Shown here: one piece after another, positions 33,777-45,060 of the stretch | How positions within the stretch are numbered: the stretch's first letter is position 1 | How the letters are laid out: each line of letters starts with the position of its first letter | Assembly: GCA_963665325.3 (NCBI GenBank) | Contig: OZ224045.1 | Coordinates: forward strand, 1,920,001 to 1,984,000 | Direction: 5' to 3' | DNA from: Alphaproteobacteria bacterium | GTDB taxonomy: Bacteria > Pseudomonadota > Alphaproteobacteria > Bin95 | DNA: 64,000 nucleotides | The notes under the pieces: generated by a model | The model's input: the letters and a program-made list of their open reading frames with translations, nothing else | Told to the model about the DNA's origin: nothing | Database searches by the model: none | Program-made: the position numbers and the translations under genes

Positions 33777-36700
33777 GTGCCTCGGCACCCTGGGCGGCGG
33801 CCGCCATCTCGATAAGCGCGCGGCGGTAGTCCACGGGCATGACCTTGACGAACCGTGCCCGGGCGGCGTTCCAGTCCTCGAGCATGGCGGCAGCCACGAC
33901 GCTGCCGGTATAGCGGCGGTGGCGCTGGACCATGCCGTAAAGCCGCGCCTCGTCGTGGTTCATCATGTCGTGCAGGTCGTCGGCGTCCCGGCCGGTGGCG
34001 GCGACCGGCTCCAGCACCGCTGCAGCCAGATTGCACCGCTTCTCGAAGGTGCCGTCGGGGTCGTAGACATAGGCGATGCCGCCGCTCATCCCGGCTGCGA
34101 AATTCCGCCCGGTGCCGCCCAGAACCGCGACGCAGCCGCCCGTCATGTATTCGCAGCCATGGTCGCCGACGCCCTCGACAACCGCCCAGGCGCCTGAGTT
34201 GCGGACGGCGAAGCGCTCGCCGGCGACGCCGGAGAAGTAGCACTCACCTTCGATCGCTCCATAGAGCACCGTATTGCCGATGACGATATTTTCGCTCGGT
34301 GCATAAGGTGTCGCGGCAGGCGGGTAGATGACCAGCCGGCCGCCGGACAGGCCCTTGCCGACATAGTCGTTCGCGACGCCCTCGAGGTGAATCGCCATGC
34401 CGCGGGTTGCCCAGGCGCCGAAGCTTTGCCCGCCGACGCCCTTCGCCTCGATGACGATGGTGTCCTCGGGCAGGGCGGCATGGCCGCGCCTCTTTGCGAC
34501 CTCGCCCGCCAGCATGGCGCCGACGGAGCGGTTCACATTGCGTACGGGCGTGCGGATATTCACCGGCCGGCCTTCGTCCAGCGCTGGCGCGGCCTCCTCG
34601 ATCAGCCACTTGTCGAGCGCGCGGTCGAGGCCGTGGTCCTGCCCTTCGCAGTTATGGATAACGACGCCAGGCCCGACTTCCGGCTTGAACAGCAGCCGGT
34701 TCAGGTCCACGCCATGCGCCTTCCAGTGATCTTCCGCACGGCGCATGTCGAGCCTGTCGGAACGCCCGATCATCTCGTCGAAGCGCCGGAAGCCCATCCG
34801 CGCCATGATCTGCCGCACTTCCTCGGCAACGAAGAAGAAGAAGTTGATGACATCCTCCGGCGCGCCGGCGAAGCGCTTCCGAAGGTCCTCGTCCTGCGTG
34901 GCAATGCCGACCGGGCAGGTATTCAGATGGCACTTGCGCATCATGATGCAGCCCATGGCGATCAGCGGCGCGGTAGAGAAGCCGAACTCATCCGCACCGA
35001 GCAGCGCCCCGATGGCGACGTCGCGCCCGGTGCGCAGGCCCCCGTCCACCTGCACGGCGATGCGGGTGCGCAGATTGTTGAGCACGAGGGTCTGGTGCGT
35101 CTCGGAAAGGCCGATCTCCCAAGGCGAGCCGGCATGGGTGAGCGAGGTGACCGGCGACGCGCCCGTGCCGCCCTCGAAGCCCGAAATCGTGACATGGTCG
35201 GCCTTGGCCTTGGAGACGCCGGCGGCGACCGTGCCGACGCCCACTTCCGAGACCAGCTTGACGCTGATCCGCGCCGCCGGGTTCACATTCTTCAGGTCGT
35301 GGATGAGCTGGGCCAGGTCCTCGATCGAATAGATGTCGTGGTGCGGCGGTGGCGAGATCAGGCCGACGCCCGGCGTCGAGTGCCGCACGCGCGCAATATT
35401 GCGGTCCACCTTGTGCCCGGGCAGCTGCCCGCCTTCGCCGGGTTTCGCGCCCTGCGCCATCTTGATCTGGATATCGTTCGAGTTGGCGAGATACTCGGCC
35501 GTCACGCCGAACCGACCCGACGCCACCTGCTTGATCGCCGAGCGCATGCTGTCGCCGTTCGCCATCGGCTCGAAGCGGTCGGCCTCCTCGCCGCCTTCGC
35601 CGGTGTTCGACTTGCCGCCGATGCGGTTCATGGCGATGGCCAGCGTGGTGTGCGCCTCGCGCGAGATCGAACCGAAAGACATCGCGCCGGTCGCGAAACG
35701 CTTCACGATCTCCGCGGCAGGCTGGACCTCCTCGAGCGGTACGCCATTGCCGTCTTCCCGGAACTCGAACAGGCCGCGCAGCGTCATCAGCCTGCTGCTC
35801 CGCTCGTTCAGGATCGCCGCATATTCCTCGTAGCTGGCGGCATTGTCGGCGCGTGCGGCGTGCTGGAGCTTGGCGACCGAGTCCGGCTCCCACTGGTGGC
35901 GTTCGCCGCGCAGCCGGTAGGTGTATTCGCCGCCGACATCCAGCATGTTGCGGTAGATCGGCGAGTCGCCCCACGCGGCCCGGTGCCGGGCGACGGTTTC
36001 GGCCGCCACCTCGGCGAGCGAGGCGCCCTCCACGGTGGTCGCGGTGCCGGTGAAATAACGCTCGACGAAATCGCTCGCGAGCCCAACCGCATCGAAGATC
36101 TGCGCGCCGCAATAGGACTGGTAGGTCGAGATCCCCATCTTGGACATCACCTTCAGCAGGCCCTTGCTGACGGCCTTGATATAATTCTTGTGGACCTTCT
36201 CGCGCGTATAGCCGGCGGAGAAGGCGCCGTCCTCATGGAGTCCGTCCAGCGTCTCGAAGGCGAGATAGGGGTTGATCGCCTCGGCGCCATACCCCGCGAG
36301 CACGCAGAAATGATGCACTTCTCGCGCCTCGCCCGTTTCCAGCACAAGGCCGGCTCCGGTCCGCGATCCTTCGAGGATCAGGCGGTGATGGACCGCCGAG
36401 CAGGCCAGCAGCGCCGGCAGCGCGATCCGGTCCGGCCCGACCGAGCGGTCCGACAGGATGAGGATATTGAAGCCCTGTTCGACGGCCCGCTTCGCCTCGC
36501 CGCAAAGCCTTTCCAGAGCCGGTCCCATGCCCTCCGCACCTTCGGCGGCGTCCCAGGTGGTGTCCAGCGTTTCGGTCAGGAACGCCCCGCCTACTAGGTC
36601 GCCCACATGGCGGATCTTGTTGAGGTCGGTATCGGTCAGGACCGGTTGCGAGACTTCGAGACGGCGATGCGTCCCGCCGCTGTCCAGATCGAGCAGGTTC

Positions 36701-38355
36701 GGGCGCGGCCCCACCAGCGAGACCAGCGACATCACCAGTTCTTCGCGGATCGGGTCTATAGGCGGGTTGGTGACCTGCGCGAACAACTGCTTGAAATAGG
36801 TGTAAAGCAGCTTCGGGCGCTCGGAGAGCACGGAGATCGGCGTGTCGGTGCCCATCGACCCGACGGGATCGTCGCCGCCCTCGCCCATGGGCTGCAGGAA
36901 GACCTCCAGATCCTCGTTCGTGTATCCGAATGCCTGCTGGCGGTCGAGCAGCTCGCCCGCCGCCGGCCGGTTGCTGGCCGCTGGCGGGGGCGCCTCCAGG
37001 TCGTCGAGCCGGAAGCGCGTGCGGGCGAGCCACTGGCCGTAAGGCTGGGAGCGCGCCAGCTCCGCCTTGAGCTCGCCGTCGTCCACGATGCGTTGCTGTT
37101 CAAGGTCGATAAGGAACATCTTGCCCGGCTGGAGCCGCCATTGCCGGGCAATGCGCTCCGGCGGAATGTCGAGTACGCCGACTTCCGACGCCATCACCAC
37201 AAGGCCATCCGTGGTCACCAGGTAGCGCGCCGGGCGCAAACCGTTGCGGTCGAGCGTGGCGCCGATCTGCCGCCCGTCGGTGAATGCCACAGCCGCCGGG
37301 CCGTCCCAAGGCTCCATCAGCGCCGCGTGATACTCGTAGAAGGCGCGCCGCTCTTCGTCCATCAGCGGGTTGCCGGACCACGCTTCCGGGATTAGCAACA
37401 TCATTGCATGCGCGAGCGAATAGCCGCCCCGCGTAAGGAGTTCCAGCGCATTGTCGAAACAGGCGGTGTCCGACTGGTCCGGCGGAATCAGCGGCCAGAG
37501 CTTCTCCAGATCGTCGCCGAACAGCTTCGAACTGGTGGCATGCCGGCGCGCCGCCATCCAATTGTAATTGCCGCGCACGGTGTTGATCTCGCCATTGTGG
37601 CAGATCATCCGGTAGGGGTGCGCCAACCGCCAGGACGGGAAAGTGTTGGTCGAGAAACGCTGATGCACCAGCGCCAGCGCCGACGTGATCCGCTCGTCCT
37701 TGAGGTCGAGATAGTAGTCGCTCAATTGCGGCGCGAGCAGCATGCCCTTGTAAACGATGGTGCGGCAGGAGAGCGAGGGGATGTAAAAGTCGTCGAGGTC
37801 GGGCGTGCCTTCGTTTGCAGCTTCGTTCTCGATCCGCTTGCGGATGACGAACAGCTTGCGCTCGAACGCATCTCCCCGCCCGGTTTCCTTGCCCCGCGCG
37901 ACGAAGATCTGGCGCACGACGGGCTCCGTGCCGGCGGCGGTCGGACCCAGGGTATCGCTGGCCACCGGTACGGTCCGCCAGCCGGCGACATGCTGGCCTT
38001 CCTCGCGCACGATGCGCCCGACCAGCGCCTCATAGACGGTGCGCGGCGCTTCGGCCCGGGGCAGGAAGACGGAGCCGGCCGCATAGTCGGGCTCGTCCGG
38101 TAGGTCTATGCCGGCTTCCGGAGCCACGGCGCGGAACAGCGCATCCGGCTTTTGAATTAGGATGCCGGAGCCGTCCCCGGCCAGCGGATCGGCCCCGACC
38201 GCGCCTCTATGGTCCAGGTTGAGCAGGATTTCGAGGCCCTGCCGGATAATCCGGTGCGACTTGCGGTTCTGGATATCGACGACGAACCCGACACCGCAGC
38301 TGTCATGCTCGTTGCGCGGGTCGTAGAGTCCCTGCTTGGGCGGCAACGCAGACAA
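33769..38355 (-). CDS. gltB: Glutamate synthase large subunit
   Basis: [49 protein letters not shown]. Confidence 0.97.
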
Positions 38356-38561
38356 GGAATGTCACCTCCGCAGGTTTCGTTGGGAAAGAGCCGCAGCCTC
38401 TCACGCCGGTTTGAGCACAGCCCAAAGGAAAGCCGATATAAAGCATTGCGGGGCCGGGTAGAAGACGGCGGGACGGTTGGTCGCAACGCTTTTGCGCCTC
38501 CCGGGCGCGGGCATTGCGATGCGGTTAAGATGGGTCGGGTTCGACCGGCCGGGACAGGGGC

Positions 38562-39281
38562 ATGGCGGAACGCATTCTGATTACCGGCGGCGCGCGGCGC
38601 CTCGGTCTTGCGCTCGCGCGGGCGATGCTTGCGGACGGGCACCGGGTTGCGGTCCATACGCGCCGCAGCGAGCCGCCGGCCGATCTGGACGTCGTCCTGT
38701 TGCGAGGCGATCTGGACGACCCCTGCGTGCCGGCGCGGATCGTCGAAGAGGCGCATGCGCGGCTGGGCGGGCTTTCGGTGCTGGTGAACAATGCCGCGCG
38801 ATTTGAGCCGGACCGGATCGGGACGCTCGACTCCGCCTCCTTCGACGCGCATATGGCCACCAATCTACGCGCGCCGTTGTTTGCAATCCAGGCGTTCGCT
38901 GCCTCGCTCGGGCCGGACGGCACGGGGCTTGCGGTCAATATCGTGGACCAGAAGATTCGCCATCCGGGGGCGGGCTATCTCTCCTACACGCTCAGCAAGG
39001 TTGCGCTGGAGGGCGCCGTGCGGGCGCTGGCGGCGGAGCTGGCGCCCCGGCTGCGGATTGCGGCCATTGCGCCGGGCATCGTTTACGAGAGCGCTGGCAT
39101 GAAGCCCGGACGGCTGGAGACCCTGGGCGCCAGGCTGCCGCTCCGTCGCACGGCCCGACCGGATGAGGTTGCTGCCGCGCTTCGCTACCTGATCGACACG
39201 CCCTCGGTCACGGGCGAGACGCTTTTCGTGGATTCAGGGGAATCGTTGCGCGCGCGTTCGGTTATTCTGGGCGCAAGCTGA
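38562..39281 (+). CDS. SDR oxidoreductase (pteridine reductase/FolM-like)
   Basis: TGGARRLG, NNAA, YTLSK. Confidence 0.88.
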   Translation: MAERILITGGARRLGLALARAMLADGHRVAVHTRRSEPPADLDVVLLRGDLDDPCVPARIVEEAHARLGGLSVLVNNAARFEPDRIGTLDSASFDAHMATNLRAPLFAIQAFAASLGPDGTGLAVNIVDQKIRHPGAGYLSYTLSKVALEGAVRALAAELAPRLRIAAIAPGIVYESAGMKPGRLETLGARLPLRRTARPDEVAAALRYLIDTPSVTGETLFVDSGESLRARSVILGAS

Positions 39282-39298
39282 AGGGAGAGGGACGGCAA

Positions 39299-40759
39299 AT
39301 GGCGGCATATGACACGGTCATTCGCGGCGGCACGGTCGTTACGGCATCCGATATGTTCCGGGCAGATATCGGCATTGCCGGCGGGCGCATCGCGGCGCTC
39401 GGGGAGAACCTCGACAAGGGCGCGCATGAGATCGACGCCGGCGGCCGCCTGGTGATGCCGGGCGGCGTGGACAGCCATTGCCATATCGAGCAGCCGGGCT
39501 CCACCGGCGGCACCAATGCCGACACCTTCACCAGCGGCTCGATTTCAGCCGCCTGCGGCGGCACCACCACCACCATCAGCTTTTCGCCGCAGGTCAGGGG
39601 TCGGGGCGTGAGGGAAGCGATGGACGGCTATGCCGCGCTCGCGCGAAAATCGGTCATCGACTACTGCTTCCACATCATCGTGAACGACCCCTCCGACACG
39701 GTGATCGAGGAGGAGTTGCCGGAGCTGATCGCCGAAGGCCACCGGTCGATCAAGGTCTTCATGACCTATCCGTCCAATAGGATGGACGACGCGCAACTGC
39801 TCAAGGTGTTCGCCTGCGCGAAGCAGCACGGGGCGTTTGTGTGCGTCCATGCGGAGAACCACGACGCCATCATGTGGATGACCGACCGGCTGCTGGAGGC
39901 CGGGCTGACCTCGCCGCGCTACCATGCCTGGTCGAAGCCGCCGGTCGTCGAGCGCGAGGCGGTGCATCGGGTGATCGCGCTCGCCGAAATGCTGGACCTG
40001 CCGATCCAGGTCTTCCATGTCACCTGCGAGGAAGCCGCCGAGGAAATCCGCCGGGCGCAGGCGCGGGGCATCAAGGTGTTCGGCGAGACCTGCCCGCAAT
40101 ATCTGACCCTGACTGCCGAGGACATGGACCGCGACGGCTTCGAGGGCGCGAAGTTCATCTGCTCGCCCGCGCCGCGCACGGAAGAGGACCACGAAGCGAT
40201 CTGGCGGGCGCTCACCGACGGCACGCTCGGCATTGTGAGTTCCGACCATGCGCCCTACAGCTTCGACGACCCGAGGGGCAAGGCGCTGCACGGCGCCAAT
40301 GCGCGCTTCAGCGAAATCCCGAACGGCGTGCCCGGGCTGGAAACGCGCCTGCCGCTCGTGTTTTCCGAAGGTGTCGCCGCGGGCAGGATCGGGCCCTGCG
40401 AGTTCGTGGCGTTGACGTCCGCCAATCCGGCCCGGCTGTTCGGCCTCTATCCGAAGAAGGGAACGCTCGCCGTCGGGTCCGATGCCGACATCGCGATCTG
40501 GGACGCAGAGCGTGAAGTCACGATCCGAAGCGAAGACCTGCACACGCTGACCGACTACACGCCCTATGAAGGCATGTCGGTGACCGGCTGGCCCGTGATG
40601 ACGCTCTCGCGCGGCGAGGTGATCTGGAACGATGGCGAGGTAACGGCCGAGCCGGGGCGCGGCCGCTGGCTCAAGCGCGAGCCCTACGATTTCATCCGTC
40701 CCACCGGACGTTTCACCGCCCCCTTCGACCCCATCGCGCTCAGAAAGCTGGAGGAGTGA
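39299..40759 (+). CDS. hydA: Dihydropyrimidinase/hydantoinase
   Basis: PGGVDSHCH, GGTTT, KVFMTY, VHAEN, ETCPQY, SSDHAP. Confidence 0.92.
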   Translation: MAAYDTVIRGGTVVTASDMFRADIGIAGGRIAALGENLDKGAHEIDAGGRLVMPGGVDSHCHIEQPGSTGGTNADTFTSGSISAACGGTTTTISFSPQVRGRGVREAMDGYAALARKSVIDYCFHIIVNDPSDTVIEEELPELIAEGHRSIKVFMTYPSNRMDDAQLLKVFACAKQHGAFVCVHAENHDAIMWMTDRLLEAGLTSPRYHAWSKPPVVEREAVHRVIALAEMLDLPIQVFHVTCEEAAEEIRRAQARGIKVFGETCPQYLTLTAEDMDRDGFEGAKFICSPAPRTEEDHEAIWRALTDGTLGIVSSDHAPYSFDDPRGKALHGANARFSEIPNGVPGLETRLPLVFSEGVAAGRIGPCEFVALTSANPARLFGLYPKKGTLAVGSDADIAIWDAEREVTIRSEDLHTLTDYTPYEGMSVTGWPVMTLSRGEVIWNDGEVTAEPGRGRWLKREPYDFIRPTGRFTAPFDPIALRKLEE

Positions 40760-40762
40760 GGC

Positions 40763-41419
40763 GTGGGCATGCCTTACGAATTGCAGCTGTTCGAAGATGC
40801 TCTTTTCGGTGGCGAGGAGGTGCTGTTCGACGATCCCGCGCCGCGGGCGATCTATGTCTCGGCCGGCAGCGTCTCGGTGAATGGGGAATATCTTTTGTTG
40901 GATGAAGGAGTTGTTTCGACCGATGCGGTTCGGCTGTGCGCCGGCGGCGACGGTGCCACGGTCTGGCGGTGGGAGGTCGTGTCCGCAAACGAGGGACCGT
41001 GCGCATACGGCCATCGGACGACCCTTCGCCTTGCCGGCGGGATCGATCCGACCGCGATTGCCGACGAGCTACTGATCCGGCTGGACAGCGTCGCCTTCCC
41101 GCCCGGCGGCACGGCTCTTCTCCACACGCACCAGGGCCCCGGAATCAGGTGCCTCCGGGAAGGCGGGATAAGGATCGACACGGAAGGCCGCTCCTCTTCA
41201 TACGGCCCTGGCGGCGCCTGGTTCGAGAGCGGACCGGAACCTGTCTTCGCGCAAGCGTCGCCGGATGTCCCCAGCCGCTTCATTCGAGCGATGGTCCTGC
41301 CGCGTTCCCTGCTCGGCGCATCGTCCATTCGCTATGTCAGGGACGAAGACCGGGACAGGCCGAAGTCGCAGACCTACCGGGTGTTCGCCGAATTGCCGGT
41401 AAGCCCGGGTCCGCAATAG
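40763..41419 (+). CDS. Cupin-like hypothetical protein
   Basis: FPPGGTALLHTHQGPGIRCL..G.AWFE cupin-like motif; coupled to hydA. Confidence 0.7.
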   Translation: MGMPYELQLFEDALFGGEEVLFDDPAPRAIYVSAGSVSVNGEYLLLDEGVVSTDAVRLCAGGDGATVWRWEVVSANEGPCAYGHRTTLRLAGGIDPTAIADELLIRLDSVAFPPGGTALLHTHQGPGIRCLREGGIRIDTEGRSSSYGPGGAWFESGPEPVFAQASPDVPSRFIRAMVLPRSLLGASSIRYVRDEDRDRPKSQTYRVFAELPVSPGPQ

Positions 41420-41612
41420 ACCGGTCGCCTTGCCTGCGGGGTGGCAGGGGCCGCGCGGCGTCCTTCCCCCCGGAGGAGGACTTGGCGGAGGAGCCGGAGA
41501 CCGGCTGGGAAGGCGGTTCAGTACGCCTTGTCGCGGCGGCGGCGCCGTTCGAAGATGCGGTCTCGACGCTCGCGGCAATATTCGCACGGTCAAAATCGCC
41601 GGCGTCCTTGGC

Positions 41613-41645
41613 TTGAATTGTAGTTAAGACCAGACTGTGACTGGT
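41613..41645 (+). promoter_or_regulatory. Promoter/operator of the phd-vapC TA pair
   Basis: TTGAAT at 41613; inverted repeat ACCAG-N7-CTGGT 41629-41645. Confidence 0.5.
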
Positions 41646-41679
41646 TGATTTGGAGCGGGGCGCAAAGGAGACAGGCGCA

Positions 41680-41922
41680 GTGTCGGAAATTGGGGCGTTC
41701 GAGGCAAAAACCCACTTGCCGCAACTGCTTCGGCGGGTGGAAGCTGGCGAACGGTTCGTCATCACCAGGCACGGTCGGCCGTTGGCCGAATTGGTCCCGT
41801 TCCGCTCGCAGGATTCCGGCAAGGTGCAATCTGCGATCGATGCCTTGAAGGAGTTCCAGCGAACTCACTCCCTCGGCGGGATTCCGATCCGGCAGATGAT
41901 CGAGGAAGCGCGCAAACACTGA
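41680..41922 (+). CDS. Phd/YefM family antitoxin
   Basis: IGAFEAKTHLPQLLRRVEAGERFVITRHGRPLAELVP; AAGGAG RBS. Confidence 0.92.
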   Translation: MSEIGAFEAKTHLPQLLRRVEAGERFVITRHGRPLAELVPFRSQDSGKVQSAIDALKEFQRTHSLGGIPIRQMIEEARKH

Positions 41923-42338
41923 TACCTTTCGTTCTCGATTGCTCGGTCGCCATGGCTTGGGTGTTCCCCGACGAGTCCTCGCAGGCAACCGACCGGCTGC
42001 GCGATTCGCTCGTCAACGACCGCGCGTTCGTCCCGTCGCTTTGGCCCGTCGAAGTCGGTAGCGTGCTGCTTACTGCAACGCGCCGCCGCCGCATCGGTGT
42101 CGGCGAGTGTCCGGTGATCTGCGCCAGCCTGGACGCGCTTCCCATCGAAATCGAGCAGGTGTCCACATCCTGCGTATGGGGGGCGGCGCTCGCGCTTGCC
42201 GACCGCCATGACCTGTCCGTCTATGGCGCCACTTATCTCGAACTCGCGCTGCGCATGCGGCTACCGCTCGCCATGCTGGACCGGGCCCTGGGGGCCGCGG
42301 CGCGGGCAGCCGGGGTCGATACGCCTGCCACCGCATAG
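41919..42338 (+). CDS. vapC: VapC/PIN domain toxin (possibly decayed)
   Basis: Frame extends upstream of ATG 41952 to CTG 41919, giving IPFVLDCSVAMAW; also WPVEV, LSVYGATYLELA, LDRAL. Confidence 0.8.
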   Translation: MIPFVLDCSVAMAWVFPDESSQATDRLRDSLVNDRAFVPSLWPVEVGSVLLTATRRRRIGVGECPVICASLDALPIEIEQVSTSCVWGAALALADRHDLSVYGATYLELALRMRLPLAMLDRALGAAARAAGVDTPATA

Positions 42339-42385
42339 GCCGGCGGCACCGGTTTGCGCTTCATGGAGAATGCCGCCCCGATTTT

Positions 42386-42488
42386 CAACTCGGCCGGAGC
42401 GAAGCGGAGAGCCGGGGGCCAGGCAATCCAGGCCTGCGCCGTGTTGCGCCGGCAGTGCCGCGTGCCCCGGCTCAAGGCCAGGGCGACG
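42386..42488. repeat. REP/RPE-like palindromic element
   Basis: CGGCCGGAGCGAAGCGGAGAGCCGGG ... GCCCCGGCTCAAGGCCAGGGCGACG, a typical alphaproteobacterial REP doublet. Confidence 0.6.
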
Positions 42489-42604
42489 ATGGGGGAGGCC
42501 GTCCCCGGTTTTGATCGACGATCGCTGATATAAGTCCGGCGTCAGCATCGAGGAGTCGCCGAACCGGGCGGATGGGAGTGTCGGCAAGCGGGAGGAGAAA
42601 GAAT

Positions 42605-43360
42605 ATGCGTTGCAGCGGAAAAGTCGCGATCGTCACCGGCGGGGCGATGGGCATCGGCCGCGCAGTCGCGGAAGGCCTGCTCGCGGAAGGTGCGAACGTG
42701 GTCATTGCGGACCGTGCCGGCGCGGCAGAAGCCGCGAAGGCGCTCGACAACGCGGGAAGCAGCGTCATCGGCGTTGCTTGCGATGTGTCGAGCCAAAGCG
42801 AGACCGAGGCCATGGCCGGTGCCGCGCTGGAGGCGTTCGGCCGCATCGACGTGCTGGTCAACAATGCCGGGATCTACTCCTCGTTGAAGACCGGGCCCTT
42901 CGAGGAACTGGACATCGAGGAGTGGCGGCGCGTCCTCGAGGTCAACGTCATCGGGCAGGCGATGGCGACCCGTGCGGTCGTCCCTGCCATGCGCCGGCAG
43001 GGAGGAGGCTCGATCGTGAACTTCTCGTCGGGGACGCCGTTCAAGGGCGTTCCGTTCCTCCTGCACTATGTGGCGAGCAAGGGCGCCGTGAACGCGATGA
43101 CCAAGGCTTTGGCAAAAGAACTCGGCGCCGCGGATATACGGGTCAACGGGGTGGCGCCCGGCTTCACGCTCTCCGACGGCGTGCTCGGCAATCCCCACCA
43201 ATTGGAAAAGCTCCAGGAAATTTCACGGCAGGCCCGTGTCCTCCAAAGAGACCAGCATCCGGAGGATATAGTCGGCGCAGTGGTCTTCTTCGCTTCGCAG
43301 CAGTCCGCGTTCGTCACCGGACAAACGCTCGTCGTGGACGGCGGCGCCTACTTTCACTGA
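42605..43360 (+). CDS. SDR oxidoreductase
   Basis: TGGAMGIG, NNAG, YVASKG, VDGG. Confidence 0.92.
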   Translation: MRCSGKVAIVTGGAMGIGRAVAEGLLAEGANVVIADRAGAAEAAKALDNAGSSVIGVACDVSSQSETEAMAGAALEAFGRIDVLVNNAGIYSSLKTGPFEELDIEEWRRVLEVNVIGQAMATRAVVPAMRRQGGGSIVNFSSGTPFKGVPFLLHYVASKGAVNAMTKALAKELGAADIRVNGVAPGFTLSDGVLGNPHQLEKLQEISRQARVLQRDQHPEDIVGAVVFFASQQSAFVTGQTLVVDGGAYFH

Positions 43361-43446
43361 CCCGGACGGGCCGGTCTGGCACGGCAGTGTCCGGCCGTGC
43401 TTGAATGACGCCCGTTTCCTTCCCCTGAACGAAAGCCCGAGCCGTT

Positions 43447-44637
43447 ATGTCCGCTACGCTGCCTCTCGCCCATATCAAGGTTCTCGATCTCACCCGTGCC
43501 CGGGCGGGGCCGACGGCCGTGCGCCAGCTCGCCGACTGGGGTGCCGATGTGGTCAAGATCGAGGCGCCGCCCGGCGAGGACGCGCGCTCGGTGGTATCGG
43601 GGAGTCGTCACGGTTTCGACTTCCAGAACCTCCACCGCAACAAGCGGTCGATGACGCTCAATCTCAAGGCCGACAAGGGCCGCGAGATCTTCCTGGCAAT
43701 GGCGAAGGACGCCGATGTCATCGTCGAGAACTACCGCGCGGGCGTGAAGCACCGGCTCGGCATCGACTACGAGGCCGTTAAGGCCGTCAATCCGCGCATC
43801 GTCTATGGGTCGATCTCGGGTTTCGGCCAGTCCGGCCCCTACCGCGACCGGCCGGGCGTGGACCAGATTGCACAAGGCATGGGCGGCCTCATGTCGATTA
43901 CCGGCCTGCCAGGGCAGGGGCCGGTCCGGGTCGGCATCCCGATCGCGGACCTGACGGCCGGGCTGCACCTGGCGCAGGGAATATTGCTCGCGCTTTACGA
44001 ACGCGAGCGTTCGGGCGAGGGGCAATGGGTGCATACCTCGCTGCTGGAAGCGCAGATCATGATGCTGGATTTCCAGGCGGCGCGCTGGACGGTCTCGGGC
44101 GAGGTGGCCCCGCAAGCCGGCAACGACCACCCAACCTCGATCCCGACCGGCGTGTTCCCGACCTCCGACGGGCATATCAATATCGCGGCTTCGGGCAACA
44201 CCATGTTCGAGCGGCTCTGCGGCGCGCTCGGTTGCCCGGAGCTGGTTTCCCACCCCGACTATACCGACGACGGGAGCCGGTCGAAGAACCGGGCTGCGCT
44301 CAACAAGGTGCTCGGCGAATACACGGCCAGGCGTCCGAGCGAGGAGTGGGTGATTACGCTCAACGAGGCGCGCGTGCCCTGCGGACCGATCAACACAATC
44401 GACAGGACGATGACCGACCCGCAAGTCCGCCATCTCGGCATCGAGAAGGCAATGGCACATCCGGAACTCGGCGATGTCGGCGTCGTCGGCCAGGCCGCGA
44501 CGCTCTCGCGCAGCGGCGGTCGCCCCGATATCCGCATCCACACGCCCGAACAGGGCGAGCACACGGCGGATGTCCTCGCCGCACTCGGCTATGACGGCGC
44601 GGCCGTTGAAGCGCTGAAGGCGGAGGGAGTGGTGTAG
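43447..44637 (+). CDS. CaiB/BaiF family III CoA-transferase
   Basis: RARAGP, HRNKRS, ENYR, GFGQSGPY, DQIAQGMGG. Confidence 0.92.
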   Translation: MSATLPLAHIKVLDLTRARAGPTAVRQLADWGADVVKIEAPPGEDARSVVSGSRHGFDFQNLHRNKRSMTLNLKADKGREIFLAMAKDADVIVENYRAGVKHRLGIDYEAVKAVNPRIVYGSISGFGQSGPYRDRPGVDQIAQGMGGLMSITGLPGQGPVRVGIPIADLTAGLHLAQGILLALYERERSGEGQWVHTSLLEAQIMMLDFQAARWTVSGEVAPQAGNDHPTSIPTGVFPTSDGHINIAASGNTMFERLCGALGCPELVSHPDYTDDGSRSKNRAALNKVLGEYTARRPSEEWVITLNEARVPCGPINTIDRTMTDPQVRHLGIEKAMAHPELGDVGVVGQAATLSRSGGRPDIRIHTPEQGEHTADVLAALGYDGAAVEALKAEGVV

Positions 44638-44683
44638 GGCGAAGGCCGATCGTGTAGCGGCCGAAAGGATCGCACCGGAACCG

Positions 44684-44926
44684 TTACGGCAGGCGGTCGA
44701 GCACGGCTATGTGCAAGCCCCCCAGCACCGCTGCAAGCGCGGCGGCGATAGCGTAAAGGCGAACGATCAGTTCCGCCCGCAGGTTCGCCAAGTCTGCCTT
44801 CGTTGCCAATTGGTCCCGGTCGCGATCGGCCAATGCTGCCGCTATCGACTGCGCCTGTTCCTTTTCGACGCCGGCATCCTGCAGGGCCTTGGCGGCGGCG
44901 AAGATGTCGAAGGTAGCGGCAGCCAT
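44684..44926 (-). CDS. DUF1640/CCDC90-like small membrane-anchored coiled-coil protein
   Basis: FDIFAAAKALQDAG..QAQSIA..LATKADL + C-terminal TM; GGAGG RBS. Confidence 0.75.
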   Translation of the reverse strand: MAAATFDIFAAAKALQDAGVEKEQAQSIAAALADRDRDQLATKADLANLRAELIVRLYAIAAALAAVLGGLHIAVLDRLP

Positions 44927-45060
44927 GCGGCCTCCGTTGTTTCAGCGGGACGACAAGGCCCCCAAGCGCAGTACCAGCTTGCCTCGCGCTGCCTGACTTA
45001 GCAAGAGATACGGAGCGACAGGAGTAGAAACAATGCCCTGTCTCCCGGCGCCCGGCCGCC

